DNA of 64,000 nucleotides from a bacterium (GTDB lineage Bacteria; Zhuqueibacterota; Zhuqueibacteria; Zhuqueibacterales; Zhuqueibacteraceae), in contig JBIOXB010000223.1 of NCBI GenBank assembly GCA_044869275.1, positions 32,001 to 96,000 of the forward strand. The letters run 5' to 3'. The translations under genes were made by a program, and so were the position numbers. The notes under the pieces are model-generated. The model was not told the origin of the DNA and did no database searches. It worked only from the letters and a program-made list of their open reading frames with translations. Positions 39,969-48,772 of this stretch are shown here, in pieces (position 1 is the stretch's first letter; every line of letters starts with the position of its first letter).

Positions 39969-41417
39969 ATGGCAATCAAAATCCTCGTTGTGGATGATGA
40001 ACCTGACTTTCAGGACGTCGTCAACCAGCAGTTCAGGGCCCAAATACGCGCGCAGCAAATGGAATTGGTTTTTGCGGAAAACGGCGCGCGTGCTTTGGAG
40101 AAACTACGGGGTAGTCAGAACTTTGACATGCTGCTCACCGACCTCAACATGCCGGTCATGGACGGCCTCACTTTGCTCACAGAGGTGCTGACCACCTTTC
40201 CGCTGTTGCGTTCCGTCGTGGTTTCGGCTTATGGCGATATGCACAATATCCGGGCCGCGATGAACCGCGGCGCTTTCGATTTCCTGATCAAGCCAATTGA
40301 TCTTGATGATTTGGAGATCACGATTAGGAAAACCTTGCACGCCGCGCAGCAATTGCAGGAAGGCGTGCGCCTGCAGCGGGAAAAAATCGAGCTCGAACGG
40401 CGCAATCAGTTTATTCGCGCAACCTTTGGCCGCTATGTTTCCGACGAAGTGGTGGAAACCCTGCTGGCCTCCCCGGAGGCCTTGAAGCTGGGCGGCGAAA
40501 AGCGCGAGGTCACCGTTGTGCTGTCGGATTTGCGCGGCTTTACCTCCCTGTCGGAACGGCTCATGCCTGAGCAAGTGGTTGCACTCTTGAATCGTTATTT
40601 TGAAGTTATGATCGACATCATCTTGCAATACGGCGGAACGATCAATGAGTTCATCGGTGATGCCATCTTGGTCATGTTTGGCGCGCCGATCGCACGCGCC
40701 GATGACGCGCAAAGGGCCGTGGCCTGCGCCGTTGCCATGCAACTCGCTATGCCCTCCATCAACAAAAAGAATAACGAGGACGGTTTACCCGCAATAGAAA
40801 TGGGTATTGGCATGAGCACCGGCGAGGTCGTGGCGGGAAATATTGGATCGCTCAGACGCACCAAATACGGCATTGTCGGTCGGCATGTCAATCTCGCTTC
40901 CCGAATTGAGTCTTATACGATAGGCAATCAGATTCTGGTTTCAGAAGCGACTTTGGCAGCAGTGGGTTCGATGGTGAGCGTCAGCCGGCAGATCAAGATG
41001 GAAGCAAAAGGGTTTGAAAATCCATCCACGATCTATGAAGTGATGGGGATTGAAGGCCAGTATAACTTCTTTTTATCGGAAAGAAGTGACCAGCTTGTGG
41101 CGCTGCCGCGTCCTCTGACCGTGCACTGCACGATACTCGAAGGCAAACACGTAAGTGGAATGAGCTTTTCGGCGAATTTTACCGCGCTTTCGTTGCGCGG
41201 AGGAGAAGTGCAGGCCGCGCATCCCGTTGCTGTTCTGGCCTCCGTTAAAATGCGGCTCAGCGACCTGGAGGGAAAAGAAATTGCGGCGGACATTTACGGC
41301 AAGGTAATATCCCTGCTCCAAAGTGCTCACGCGGATTTTTATGTTCATTTTACTTCGGTGCCGCCCGAAGTCAAGGAGTTTTTGCATGGCCTTGTAAGCG
41401 CTGTTGGGGCGCATTGA
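39969..41417 (+). CDS. Response regulator fused to class III nucleotide cyclase, with PilZ-like tail
   Basis: REC (VVDDE, TDLNMP, KP); SDLRGFT, EFIGDA, GNIGS, KYGIVG, VNLASRIE. Confidence 0.92.
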   Translation: MAIKILVVDDEPDFQDVVNQQFRAQIRAQQMELVFAENGARALEKLRGSQNFDMLLTDLNMPVMDGLTLLTEVLTTFPLLRSVVVSAYGDMHNIRAAMNRGAFDFLIKPIDLDDLEITIRKTLHAAQQLQEGVRLQREKIELERRNQFIRATFGRYVSDEVVETLLASPEALKLGGEKREVTVVLSDLRGFTSLSERLMPEQVVALLNRYFEVMIDIILQYGGTINEFIGDAILVMFGAPIARADDAQRAVACAVAMQLAMPSINKKNNEDGLPAIEMGIGMSTGEVVAGNIGSLRRTKYGIVGRHVNLASRIESYTIGNQILVSEATLAAVGSMVSVSRQIKMEAKGFENPSTIYEVMGIEGQYNFFLSERSDQLVALPRPLTVHCTILEGKHVSGMSFSANFTALSLRGGEVQAAHPVAVLASVKMRLSDLEGKEIAADIYGKVISLLQSAHADFYVHFTSVPPEVKEFLHGLVSAVGAH

Positions 41418-42490
41418 GACCGTCGATCGAATTACGAGCCGTCGTGTATCGAGAAAGACAAATCTTGAACGCAATCGATTTTAATCCGCCAGCCCGCCTC
41501 GCTTTCAGTCTGTTGCCGGTTCTGATTTTTCTGGTGATTTTAATTTGGCTGGACAGCTTCAAACTGATGCGCTGGCGCGCCGTGCTGCAGGCCATCCTCG
41601 CCGGCGGCCTGGCGGCGCTCTTGAGTCTGGTGCTCAATCGCATAGCTTTCCGGCTTTTCGAACCGGACATGACCCTGTATTCCCGTTATGCGGCGCCGAT
41701 GATTGAAGAATCGTGCAAAGCGCTATACGTGGTTTTCTTGGTCAAAACAAATCGCGTGGGCTTCATGGTCGATAGCGCGATTCACGGCTTCGCGCTGGGC
41801 GCGGGCTTTGCTTGTGTGGAGAATGTTTATTACCTTCGTTCTCTTACCGACGCCAACTTGCTGTTGTGGATCATTCGCGGTTTCGGCACGGCCATCATGC
41901 ACGGCGGCACCACCGCGATTTTTGCCCTGCTTGCACGCAATGCTTTCGCGCAACGCGCAGCAACCCGGCTGCCGTTTTTCCTGCCGGCGCTGGGTGCGGC
42001 GGTTGCCCTGCATTCTTTTTTCAATCATTTTTTTCTGCCGCCACTGCTCTCGACGCTGACGCTGTTGATTGCGCTGCCGGTGATCATGATTTTGGTCTTT
42101 CAGCACAGCGAGAATGCCACGCGCCATTGGCTGGAGGTGGGTTTTGGCACGGATCAGGAATTGCTGGAACTGCTCACCACGGAAAAAATTTCCACCAGCA
42201 AAATCGGCGCTTATTTGCAGTCGCTCAGAAAGATTTTTCCGGGAGAAATCGTCGCCGATATGTTGTGCCTGTTGCGTCTGCGTCTGGAATTATCCATTAA
42301 AGCCAAAGGCCTGATGCTCATGAGCGAAGCCGGTTTCGTGCCCGCACTGGATCCGGAAATCGGCAAAGCATTTGATGAGCTTGCGTATCTCGAAAAGAGT
42401 ATCGGCAAGACCGGCATGATGGCGCTTAAACCGTTCGTCAGCGCGGAAAGCCGGGATTTGTGGCAATTGCAAATGTTGGGGAGAGAATGA
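41414..42490 (+). CDS. prsW: PrsW-family intramembrane glutamic protease
   Basis: IEESCK (EExxK), GFACVEN, MHG, LHSFFN; multiple TMs; exact start uncertain. Confidence 0.87.
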   Translation: MRPSIELRAVVYRERQILNAIDFNPPARLAFSLLPVLIFLVILIWLDSFKLMRWRAVLQAILAGGLAALLSLVLNRIAFRLFEPDMTLYSRYAAPMIEESCKALYVVFLVKTNRVGFMVDSAIHGFALGAGFACVENVYYLRSLTDANLLLWIIRGFGTAIMHGGTTAIFALLARNAFAQRAATRLPFFLPALGAAVALHSFFNHFFLPPLLSTLTLLIALPVIMILVFQHSENATRHWLEVGFGTDQELLELLTTEKISTSKIGAYLQSLRKIFPGEIVADMLCLLRLRLELSIKAKGLMLMSEAGFVPALDPEIGKAFDELAYLEKSIGKTGMMALKPFVSAESRDLWQLQMLGRE

Positions 42491-42545
42491 TCTTGCCAGC
42501 AAGTAACGCGGCGACAGCGTTGTAGGTCCTTAATGCACTCGAAGC

Positions 42546-42669
42546 CAGAACAATATTCTGAAAATTTCTTCGCCAACGGATGAGAAGCGACCAACGGATT
42601 CAGAATAATCCGTTGGCCGTTTTTAATCCGTTGGAGAGTTCTTTTGTTTAAAGCTGCTCCGCAAGGAGC
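42546..42669. repeat. Dispersed CCAACGGAT/ATCCGTTGG palindromic element, copy A1
   Basis: About 125-bp direct match to 53547-53669. Confidence 0.8.
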
Positions 42670-42727
42670 TTCGGCTTCCATCCCGACCCTTCGGGATGGA
42701 AATTCGATGAACATTCCTTTAAACATT

Positions 42728-43144
42728 ATGGATCAACTCTCGCTCACCCTCAAAAATGACCTGGTTGAAATAGAGCGCTTGAGCCAAAGCCTCGAAGCCT
42801 TTGGCCGGAGCCAGCAATTGCCGGAGGAGCTTTTGTACGCAGTCAATCTCGCGCTTGATGAAATTCTGACCAATGTGATTTCCTACGGCTATGCTGATGA
42901 GGCCGAGCATGAAATCACCGTTGGCCTTGGCATACAAGCCGGCGAGCTGATTGCCGAAGTTGCTGATGATGCCCTACCCTTCAATCCTTTGGCAGCGCCA
43001 CCTGCGGACGTCAATAGCCCGTTGGAGGAAAGGGCGGTGGGAGGCTTGGGGATTCACCTCGCGCGCACTTTGATGGATACGATGGAATACCGGCGCGAGG
43101 GTGACAAAAACATATTGATATTGAAGAAAAGAATTGCTTCATAG
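42728..43144 (+). CDS. RsbW-like anti-sigma / Ser kinase (HATPase_c_2)
   Basis: LALDEILTNVISY, DDALPFNP, GGLGIHL, N.L. Confidence 0.9.
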   Translation: MDQLSLTLKNDLVEIERLSQSLEAFGRSQQLPEELLYAVNLALDEILTNVISYGYADEAEHEITVGLGIQAGELIAEVADDALPFNPLAAPPADVNSPLEERAVGGLGIHLARTLMDTMEYRREGDKNILILKKRIAS

Positions 43145-43249
43145 GCATTTGGCATTCCGGGATTCCTCCCGCAGCGGCGGCACGGGAATGACTTCGAGCT
43201 GCGTGGCAAGGTTTCGAACTCAATGTGGTATTTGCTGGACGGAGAAAAA

Positions 43250-43588
43250 ATGGAGATTACACAAACCCAACAAGCCCATGCGCTGGTGTTCGCCCTGAGC
43301 GGAAGATTAGACGCGAAAACCTCGGAAGGCTTCGAGCAACAACTGCTCGCTGCAATTGCAGCAGGCAACCAGAACGTGCTCCTGGATTTCTCCAAGCTGG
43401 ATTATATCAGCAGCGCCGGTCTGCGTGTTCTGCTGCTCGCCGCCAGAAAACTGCAGGAAAGCAGTGGCAAGATCGCGCTGTGCGGCCTCAAGCCCACACT
43501 CAAAACGGTCTTCGACATTGCGGGTTTTTCTAACATTTTTTCGATCTTTGCTTCGCAGGAAGAAGCGATTGCAGGCTGGTCGAAATAA
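43250..43588 (+). CDS. STAS anti-anti-sigma factor (RsbV-like)
   Basis: GRLDA, LDYISSAGLRVLL, VFDIAGF. Confidence 0.93.
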   Translation: MEITQTQQAHALVFALSGRLDAKTSEGFEQQLLAAIAAGNQNVLLDFSKLDYISSAGLRVLLLAARKLQESSGKIALCGLKPTLKTVFDIAGFSNIFSIFASQEEAIAGWSK

Positions 43589-43632
43589 GCGCGCAACTGG
43601 TCGTCTGGACAATTGATAAGGAATTGCAGCAC

Positions 43633-44793
43633 ATGCCCACCAAAATCCTCGTGGTTGATGACGAACCTGATCTGAAAATGTTGATTAGTCAGAAGTTTCG
43701 AAAAAAGGTGCGAGACCACGAGCTCATTTTCACTTTTGCCGAAAGCGGTGTGGCGGCGCTGCACCGTTTGCAGGAGGAGCGTGATGTCGATCTCGTCATG
43801 ACCGACATCAATATGCCGGAAATGGACGGTTTGACGCTGTTGGCAAAACTCAATGAGCAATACCCACAAATCAAATCCTTGATCGTTTCCGCCTACGGCG
43901 ATATGTCGAACATTCGTACGGCACTCAACCGTGGCGCATTCGATTTCATCACCAAACCCATCGATTTTCAAGACCTCGAAATCACCCTCGACAAGACCAT
44001 TCAAGCGGCGCGCGCGCAAAGGCAATCGGAACAAGATCGCGATCAACTGGTCGCGCTGCAGCGCGAGCTGGACGTGGCACGGCGCATCCAGAGTGCCATT
44101 GTGCCGCGCACGTTTCCGCCCTTTCCGGAAAGAAAGGAATTTGAAATTCATGCGGCGATGATCCCGGCACGCGAGGTGGGCGGGGACTTTTATGATTTCT
44201 TTCTCATCGACAACGAACGCCTGGGCTTCGTCATTGGCGATGTGTCAGACAAGGGCGTGCCGGCGGCGCTGTTCATGGCGGTGAGCAAAACCTTGCTCAA
44301 AGCCACAGCACTGACCGGAGTGCCGCTGGAGGAGTGCCTGCAACAGGTGAACAGCATGCTTTGTTGGGACAATGCTTCGGCGATGTTCGTCACGGTTTTT
44401 TACGGCATCTTGCACCTGCGCACGGGCGAAGTGAGTTACAGCAATGGCGGTCATAACCCGCCCTTTATCTTGCGCGCGAACCGGCAGATCGAAACCACGG
44501 AAACCTCCGGCAGTTTGGTGTTGGGGGCGCTGCCAAATTCGAGCTACCAGGCAAAAAGCACAAAGCTGCTGCCGGGCGAAGGGCTCTTTCTCTATACCGA
44601 CGGCGTGACGGAAGCAACCGATGCCAACTACAATGCTTTTGCCGAAAAACGCTTGCAAGAAAGTCTGCAACGCCTGCACGGTGCGGCGTTGCACGACATG
44701 GTCGACCGTGTTGTTGAAGAGGTCAAAGCGTTCTCACAAGGCGCGCCCCAAGCGGATGATTTGACGATTCTGGCCTTGCGCTATCTGGCGTGA
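43633..44793 (+). CDS. Response regulator fused to PP2C/SpoIIE phosphatase (RsbU/RsbP-like)
   Basis: REC plus EVGGDFYD, GDVSDKG, NGGH, YTDG, DDLT. Confidence 0.93.
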   Translation: MPTKILVVDDEPDLKMLISQKFRKKVRDHELIFTFAESGVAALHRLQEERDVDLVMTDINMPEMDGLTLLAKLNEQYPQIKSLIVSAYGDMSNIRTALNRGAFDFITKPIDFQDLEITLDKTIQAARAQRQSEQDRDQLVALQRELDVARRIQSAIVPRTFPPFPERKEFEIHAAMIPAREVGGDFYDFFLIDNERLGFVIGDVSDKGVPAALFMAVSKTLLKATALTGVPLEECLQQVNSMLCWDNASAMFVTVFYGILHLRTGEVSYSNGGHNPPFILRANRQIETTETSGSLVLGALPNSSYQAKSTKLLPGEGLFLYTDGVTEATDANYNAFAEKRLQESLQRLHGAALHDMVDRVVEEVKAFSQGAPQADDLTILALRYLA

Positions 44794-47700
44794 TCATGCA
44801 CAAAAATCTCCCCTTCGTAACTTTAATCCTTGTCCTTGTCGCGTTCCCCACTGCGCGCGCGCAGAACGCAAACGCGGCAGCAGTACCCTCGCCTCAAATT
44901 GGCTCTGACCGCCGCGCCGAGGGGGGGCGTAACGAAATCGGCCAGCCGTTCATCCGCAATTACAGTCCTAAAGAATACTCTGGTGCGCATCCGCAAAACT
45001 GGGCCATCGTTCAAGATCAGCGTGGCGTGATGTATTTTGGCAATGGCTTGGGTGTGCTGGAATATGATGCGGTCTCGTGGCGCCTGATTGCGCTGCCGAA
45101 TGCCTCCGTGGTGCGATCGCTTGACCTGGACGTGCACGGCAGAATCTACGCCGGCGCCCAGGGTGAGTTCGGCTACCTGGCTGCAGATGCCCTCGGACAA
45201 ATGCATTATGTATCGCTGCTCGCACAAGTGCCGCCGGAGGATCGTGAGTTCACGGATGTGTGGCGCACGTTCGTGACCGAAGAAGGCACTTATTTTCAAA
45301 CGGCGACACGGCTGTTTCGTTTTACATCGGCAGCCTCCTCCATCTCCCCGCAAGATGGGACGGAGGGAGGTGTAATCTCTCAAGTGGGAATCAAGAATGC
45401 CGTCATGAAAATTTGGAAACCCACGACGCGGTTCAATCGCGCCTCGTTGGTGCGCGGCCGCTTGTACATTCCCCAAGTGGAAACCGGAATCATGGCAATG
45501 GTGGGAGACTCTCTGCAACTGCTGCCGGGCACGGAGAGATTTGCCGAGGAGATTTATGCCGTCCTTCTGCCCTTTGACGAAGCGGCGGGTTCATCCGCGC
45601 GTGAAAAGATATTGATTGCCACCGCCAGCAACGGCTTGTTTTTGTACGACGGGGCCACTGCCCGGCCTTTCGTTACTGCGGCCGACGATTTCCTGCGCGC
45701 CAGCGAAATTTATCGCGGCGCGCTGTTGCGCAACGGCACGTTTGCCTTGGCAACACGCCAGGGCGGCGTGGCTATTGTCGATCGCAACGGCCAAGCTCGC
45801 ATCATCAACAAAGAAACCGGCTTGCGCGTGAACAAAGTCTATTTCGTCTATCCCGATCGCCACGGCGCGCTGTGGCTGGGATTGGAGAATGGCATCAGCC
45901 GGGTCGAAACGCCCTCGCCGTTTTCTCTATATGGTGAGTCGTTTGGCCTAAAGAGCACGGTTTACGGCATGATCAAGCATCAAGGCAAGCTGTATGTCTC
46001 CACCAATGCCGGGGTTTTTTATTTGCGCCTTCCCGCTTCTTCGGCACCCGGCAAAATCCCGAAGTTCTTGCCCGTCCAGGGCATTGCTGAGCAGAGTTGG
46101 ACTCTTCTTGCCTTGGATGGCGACCTGCTGGTAGCGACCGGTGATGGTGTTTTCCGCATCAACGGTGATCGCGCCGTGCCCGTGAAAGCCTCCGTGAGCG
46201 CGTCTTTTGTATCGTTGGTGCTGCAACGCTCCCGGCTCAATCGAAATCGTATCTATGTCGGTCTCAGCGATGGCCTGGCGTCTTTGCGATATGATGCGAG
46301 CGTGGCGCAATGGATTGATGAAGGACGCGCGCCCGGCATTTATGAGCAGATTTGGTCGATCGTGGAAAACGAGGAAGGGGCCTTGTGGCTGGGCACGGAT
46401 GCGCAGGGTGTCATTCACCTCGAGTTTCCGGCGGCGGAGGGCTCTTCCTCCGCAGCGAGATTGCCGCGCTCGGGTACGGAAAAACCGGAAGCGCGATGGC
46501 GCAATCTCAAGCTTGCACGTTATGGCGTGGCGCATGGCCTGGCTGAAGGCGGCGTGCAGGTCTTTGCCATAGGTGGAAGTCCTATTCGGGCCGGCAAGGA
46601 ATATTTCGTTACCTCGACCGGGATCTTTGGTTTTGACCGGGAGCGTCAGGTCTTTGTGCCGGATTCAACCTTTGCGGTAGTTGGTTTTGGCAATACGCAG
46701 GAAGAATACAATCTCAGAGAAGATCGCCAAGGCGATGTTTGGGTCAATTTTGGCAAAGAATCGGCAGTGGCCCGGCGCCAGAACCATGGCGCTTATGTCA
46801 TCGAAAAAACGCCTTTCCTGCGTTTTGCCGAAGCGCCGACCAGCGCCATTTATCCCGACGAGGAGGAAGGAGTGGTATGGTTCGGCGGTGCCGACGGCTT
46901 GGTGCGTTATGATGGTGCAGTTGCAAAAGACTATGCGCAAGATTATGCCGCGCTCATTCGGCGCGTGATTGTCAATGAAGACTCCGTGATTTTTGCCGGC
47001 ACCATCACCCCTCCCTTCAGCTCTGAGGAGAGGGCCATTTCCATTCTGCCGCATTCCAACAACGCTTTGCGCTTTGAATTTAGCGCTTCTTTTTACGAAG
47101 CAGAAACCGAAAATCGCTTTCAATCTTTTTTAGAAGGATTCGACGACCACTGGTCGGCGTGGAGCAAGGAAGCCAAAAAAGATTACACCAACCTGCCGAA
47201 GGGGGATTATCGCTTCCGCGTGCGCGCCCGTAATATTTACCATTATCCCAGTTCTGAAGCGGTATTTGCCTTTGCAATTCTGCCGCCGTGGTATCGCGCG
47301 TGGTGGGCGTATCTTGCATACGTTCTCGCTTTTTCCGGCGGGATTGCCGGGCTGGTCGGCCTGCGCACGCGCCAACTGCATGCGCGCAGCCGCGAGCTGG
47401 AAAAAACGGTGCAGGAGAGAACGCAGGAAATCCGGCAGCAAGCCGTGGCCATCCAGTCGCAAGCCGATGAGCTGGAAGAAAAGAATCGGGAAATTATCAA
47501 AACCCAGGAGCAATTGATTGTGCAGGAGAAGCTGGCCTCGCTCGGTCAGCTCACCGCCGGCATCGCGCATGAGATCAAAAACCCGCTCAATTTCGTCAAT
47601 AATTTTGCGAAGCTTTCCGTGGATTTGATCGTGGAACTGCGAGAAGGTTTTGAAAAGCAGAAGGAAAAACTTGATCCGGCGGCAAAAGAAGACTTGCAGG

Positions 47701-48392
47701 AAGTGATGGGGCTGCTTTCTCAAAACATTGCCAAGATCGACGAGCACGGCCGCCGCGCGGATAGTATCGTCAAGGGCATGTTGCTGCATTCGCGCGGCGA
47801 ATCCGGCGAACGGCGGCCGGTGGACCTCAATGCCGTGCTCGACGAGTACGTGATGCTCGCGTATCACGGCATGCGCGGCACAGACGCGACCTTCAACGTC
47901 AAAATCGAAAAAGACTACGATCCCGCCGTCGGCCGGGTCGAGGTTTTTCCGCAGGACATTAGCCGGGTGTTTCTCAATCTCGTCAACAATGCTTGTTACG
48001 CGACGCATCAAAAAGCCCGAATGGGAGACGAGCAGACAGGGAGAGAAGGAGACCAGGCGAAAGGGAAGGATGGCATTGCCCCCCGTCCCCCCCTCTCGCC
48101 GTCTCCCACTCTTCCCGTTCGGCCTTACGCTCCGACCCTTTCCGTCTCAACCAAAAACTTGGGCGACAGAGTCGAAATCCGCATTCGCGACAACGGTACG
48201 GGCATTCCCGCCAGCGTGCTCAATAAAGTTTTTCACCCGTTTTTTACCACCAAGCCGGCGGGCCAGGGCACAGGACTGGGTTTGTCCCTCAGCTATGACA
48301 TCGTGGTGCACGAGCACAGCGGCGAGATCAAAGTGGAAACCAAAGAGGGGGAGTTTACGGAGTTTGTCGTGCGGTTGCCGCGTAGCGCGTAG
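44790..48392 (+). CDS. Sensor histidine kinase (propeller, Y_Y_Y, TM, HisKA, HATPase)
   Basis: Signal peptide, QNWAIVQD, YTNLPKGDY, PPWYRAWWAY plus TM, AHEIKNPL. Confidence 0.93.
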   Translation: MIMHKNLPFVTLILVLVAFPTARAQNANAAAVPSPQIGSDRRAEGGRNEIGQPFIRNYSPKEYSGAHPQNWAIVQDQRGVMYFGNGLGVLEYDAVSWRLIALPNASVVRSLDLDVHGRIYAGAQGEFGYLAADALGQMHYVSLLAQVPPEDREFTDVWRTFVTEEGTYFQTATRLFRFTSAASSISPQDGTEGGVISQVGIKNAVMKIWKPTTRFNRASLVRGRLYIPQVETGIMAMVGDSLQLLPGTERFAEEIYAVLLPFDEAAGSSAREKILIATASNGLFLYDGATARPFVTAADDFLRASEIYRGALLRNGTFALATRQGGVAIVDRNGQARIINKETGLRVNKVYFVYPDRHGALWLGLENGISRVETPSPFSLYGESFGLKSTVYGMIKHQGKLYVSTNAGVFYLRLPASSAPGKIPKFLPVQGIAEQSWTLLALDGDLLVATGDGVFRINGDRAVPVKASVSASFVSLVLQRSRLNRNRIYVGLSDGLASLRYDASVAQWIDEGRAPGIYEQIWSIVENEEGALWLGTDAQGVIHLEFPAAEGSSSAARLPRSGTEKPEARWRNLKLARYGVAHGLAEGGVQVFAIGGSPIRAGKEYFVTSTGIFGFDRERQVFVPDSTFAVVGFGNTQEEYNLREDRQGDVWVNFGKESAVARRQNHGAYVIEKTPFLRFAEAPTSAIYPDEEEGVVWFGGADGLVRYDGAVAKDYAQDYAALIRRVIVNEDSVIFAGTITPPFSSEERAISILPHSNNALRFEFSASFYEAETENRFQSFLEGFDDHWSAWSKEAKKDYTNLPKGDYRFRVRARNIYHYPSSEAVFAFAILPPWYRAWWAYLAYVLAFSGGIAGLVGLRTRQLHARSRELEKTVQERTQEIRQQAVAIQSQADELEEKNREIIKTQEQLIVQEKLASLGQLTAGIAHEIKNPLNFVNNFAKLSVDLIVELREGFEKQKEKLDPAAKEDLQEVMGLLSQNIAKIDEHGRRADSIVKGMLLHSRGESGERRPVDLNAVLDEYVMLAYHGMRGTDATFNVKIEKDYDPAVGRVEVFPQDISRVFLNLVNNACYATHQKARMGDEQTGREGDQAKGKDGIAPRPPLSPSPTLPVRPYAPTLSVSTKNLGDRVEIRIRDNGTGIPASVLNKVFHPFFTTKPAGQGTGLGLSLSYDIVVHEHSGEIKVETKEGEFTEFVVRLPRSA

Positions 48393-48772
48393 CGCATGGC
48401 GTTTGAATTCTATCAACGAGATCATCAGCGTCGTGAAATCTTATTCATTATACCAGGTGATTTGAAAATTCACTGCAGTTACTCCCCCCATCTCAACCAG
48501 GGGACCCAAAGGGATCAGTCCTGCAAAAAAGCGAGTTCTGGCGTCCAAATTTATCACCTCCCAGCGAGTGAGTGTCTATTTAGAGTCGTAAGGCGTCTTT
48601 TGTGCGGTGAAATTCCATGCCGAGGAGGCGAAACGGAGAACGGCGGGCAGAGCATGCTTAAGCCAGGGTCAAATTTTAGTAAAGCTCGGAAGAAACACTT
48701 GCAATCAATCGAACTGCGAATCCACTAAGCGCTCCCATGCGCTCATGCAACATCACAATGGAGGCAATTCTC

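Noticed and set aside
48396..48772. ORFs 48396-48728 and 48607-48813
   Set aside because: No RBS or motif; most likely the promoter region of the caspase gene
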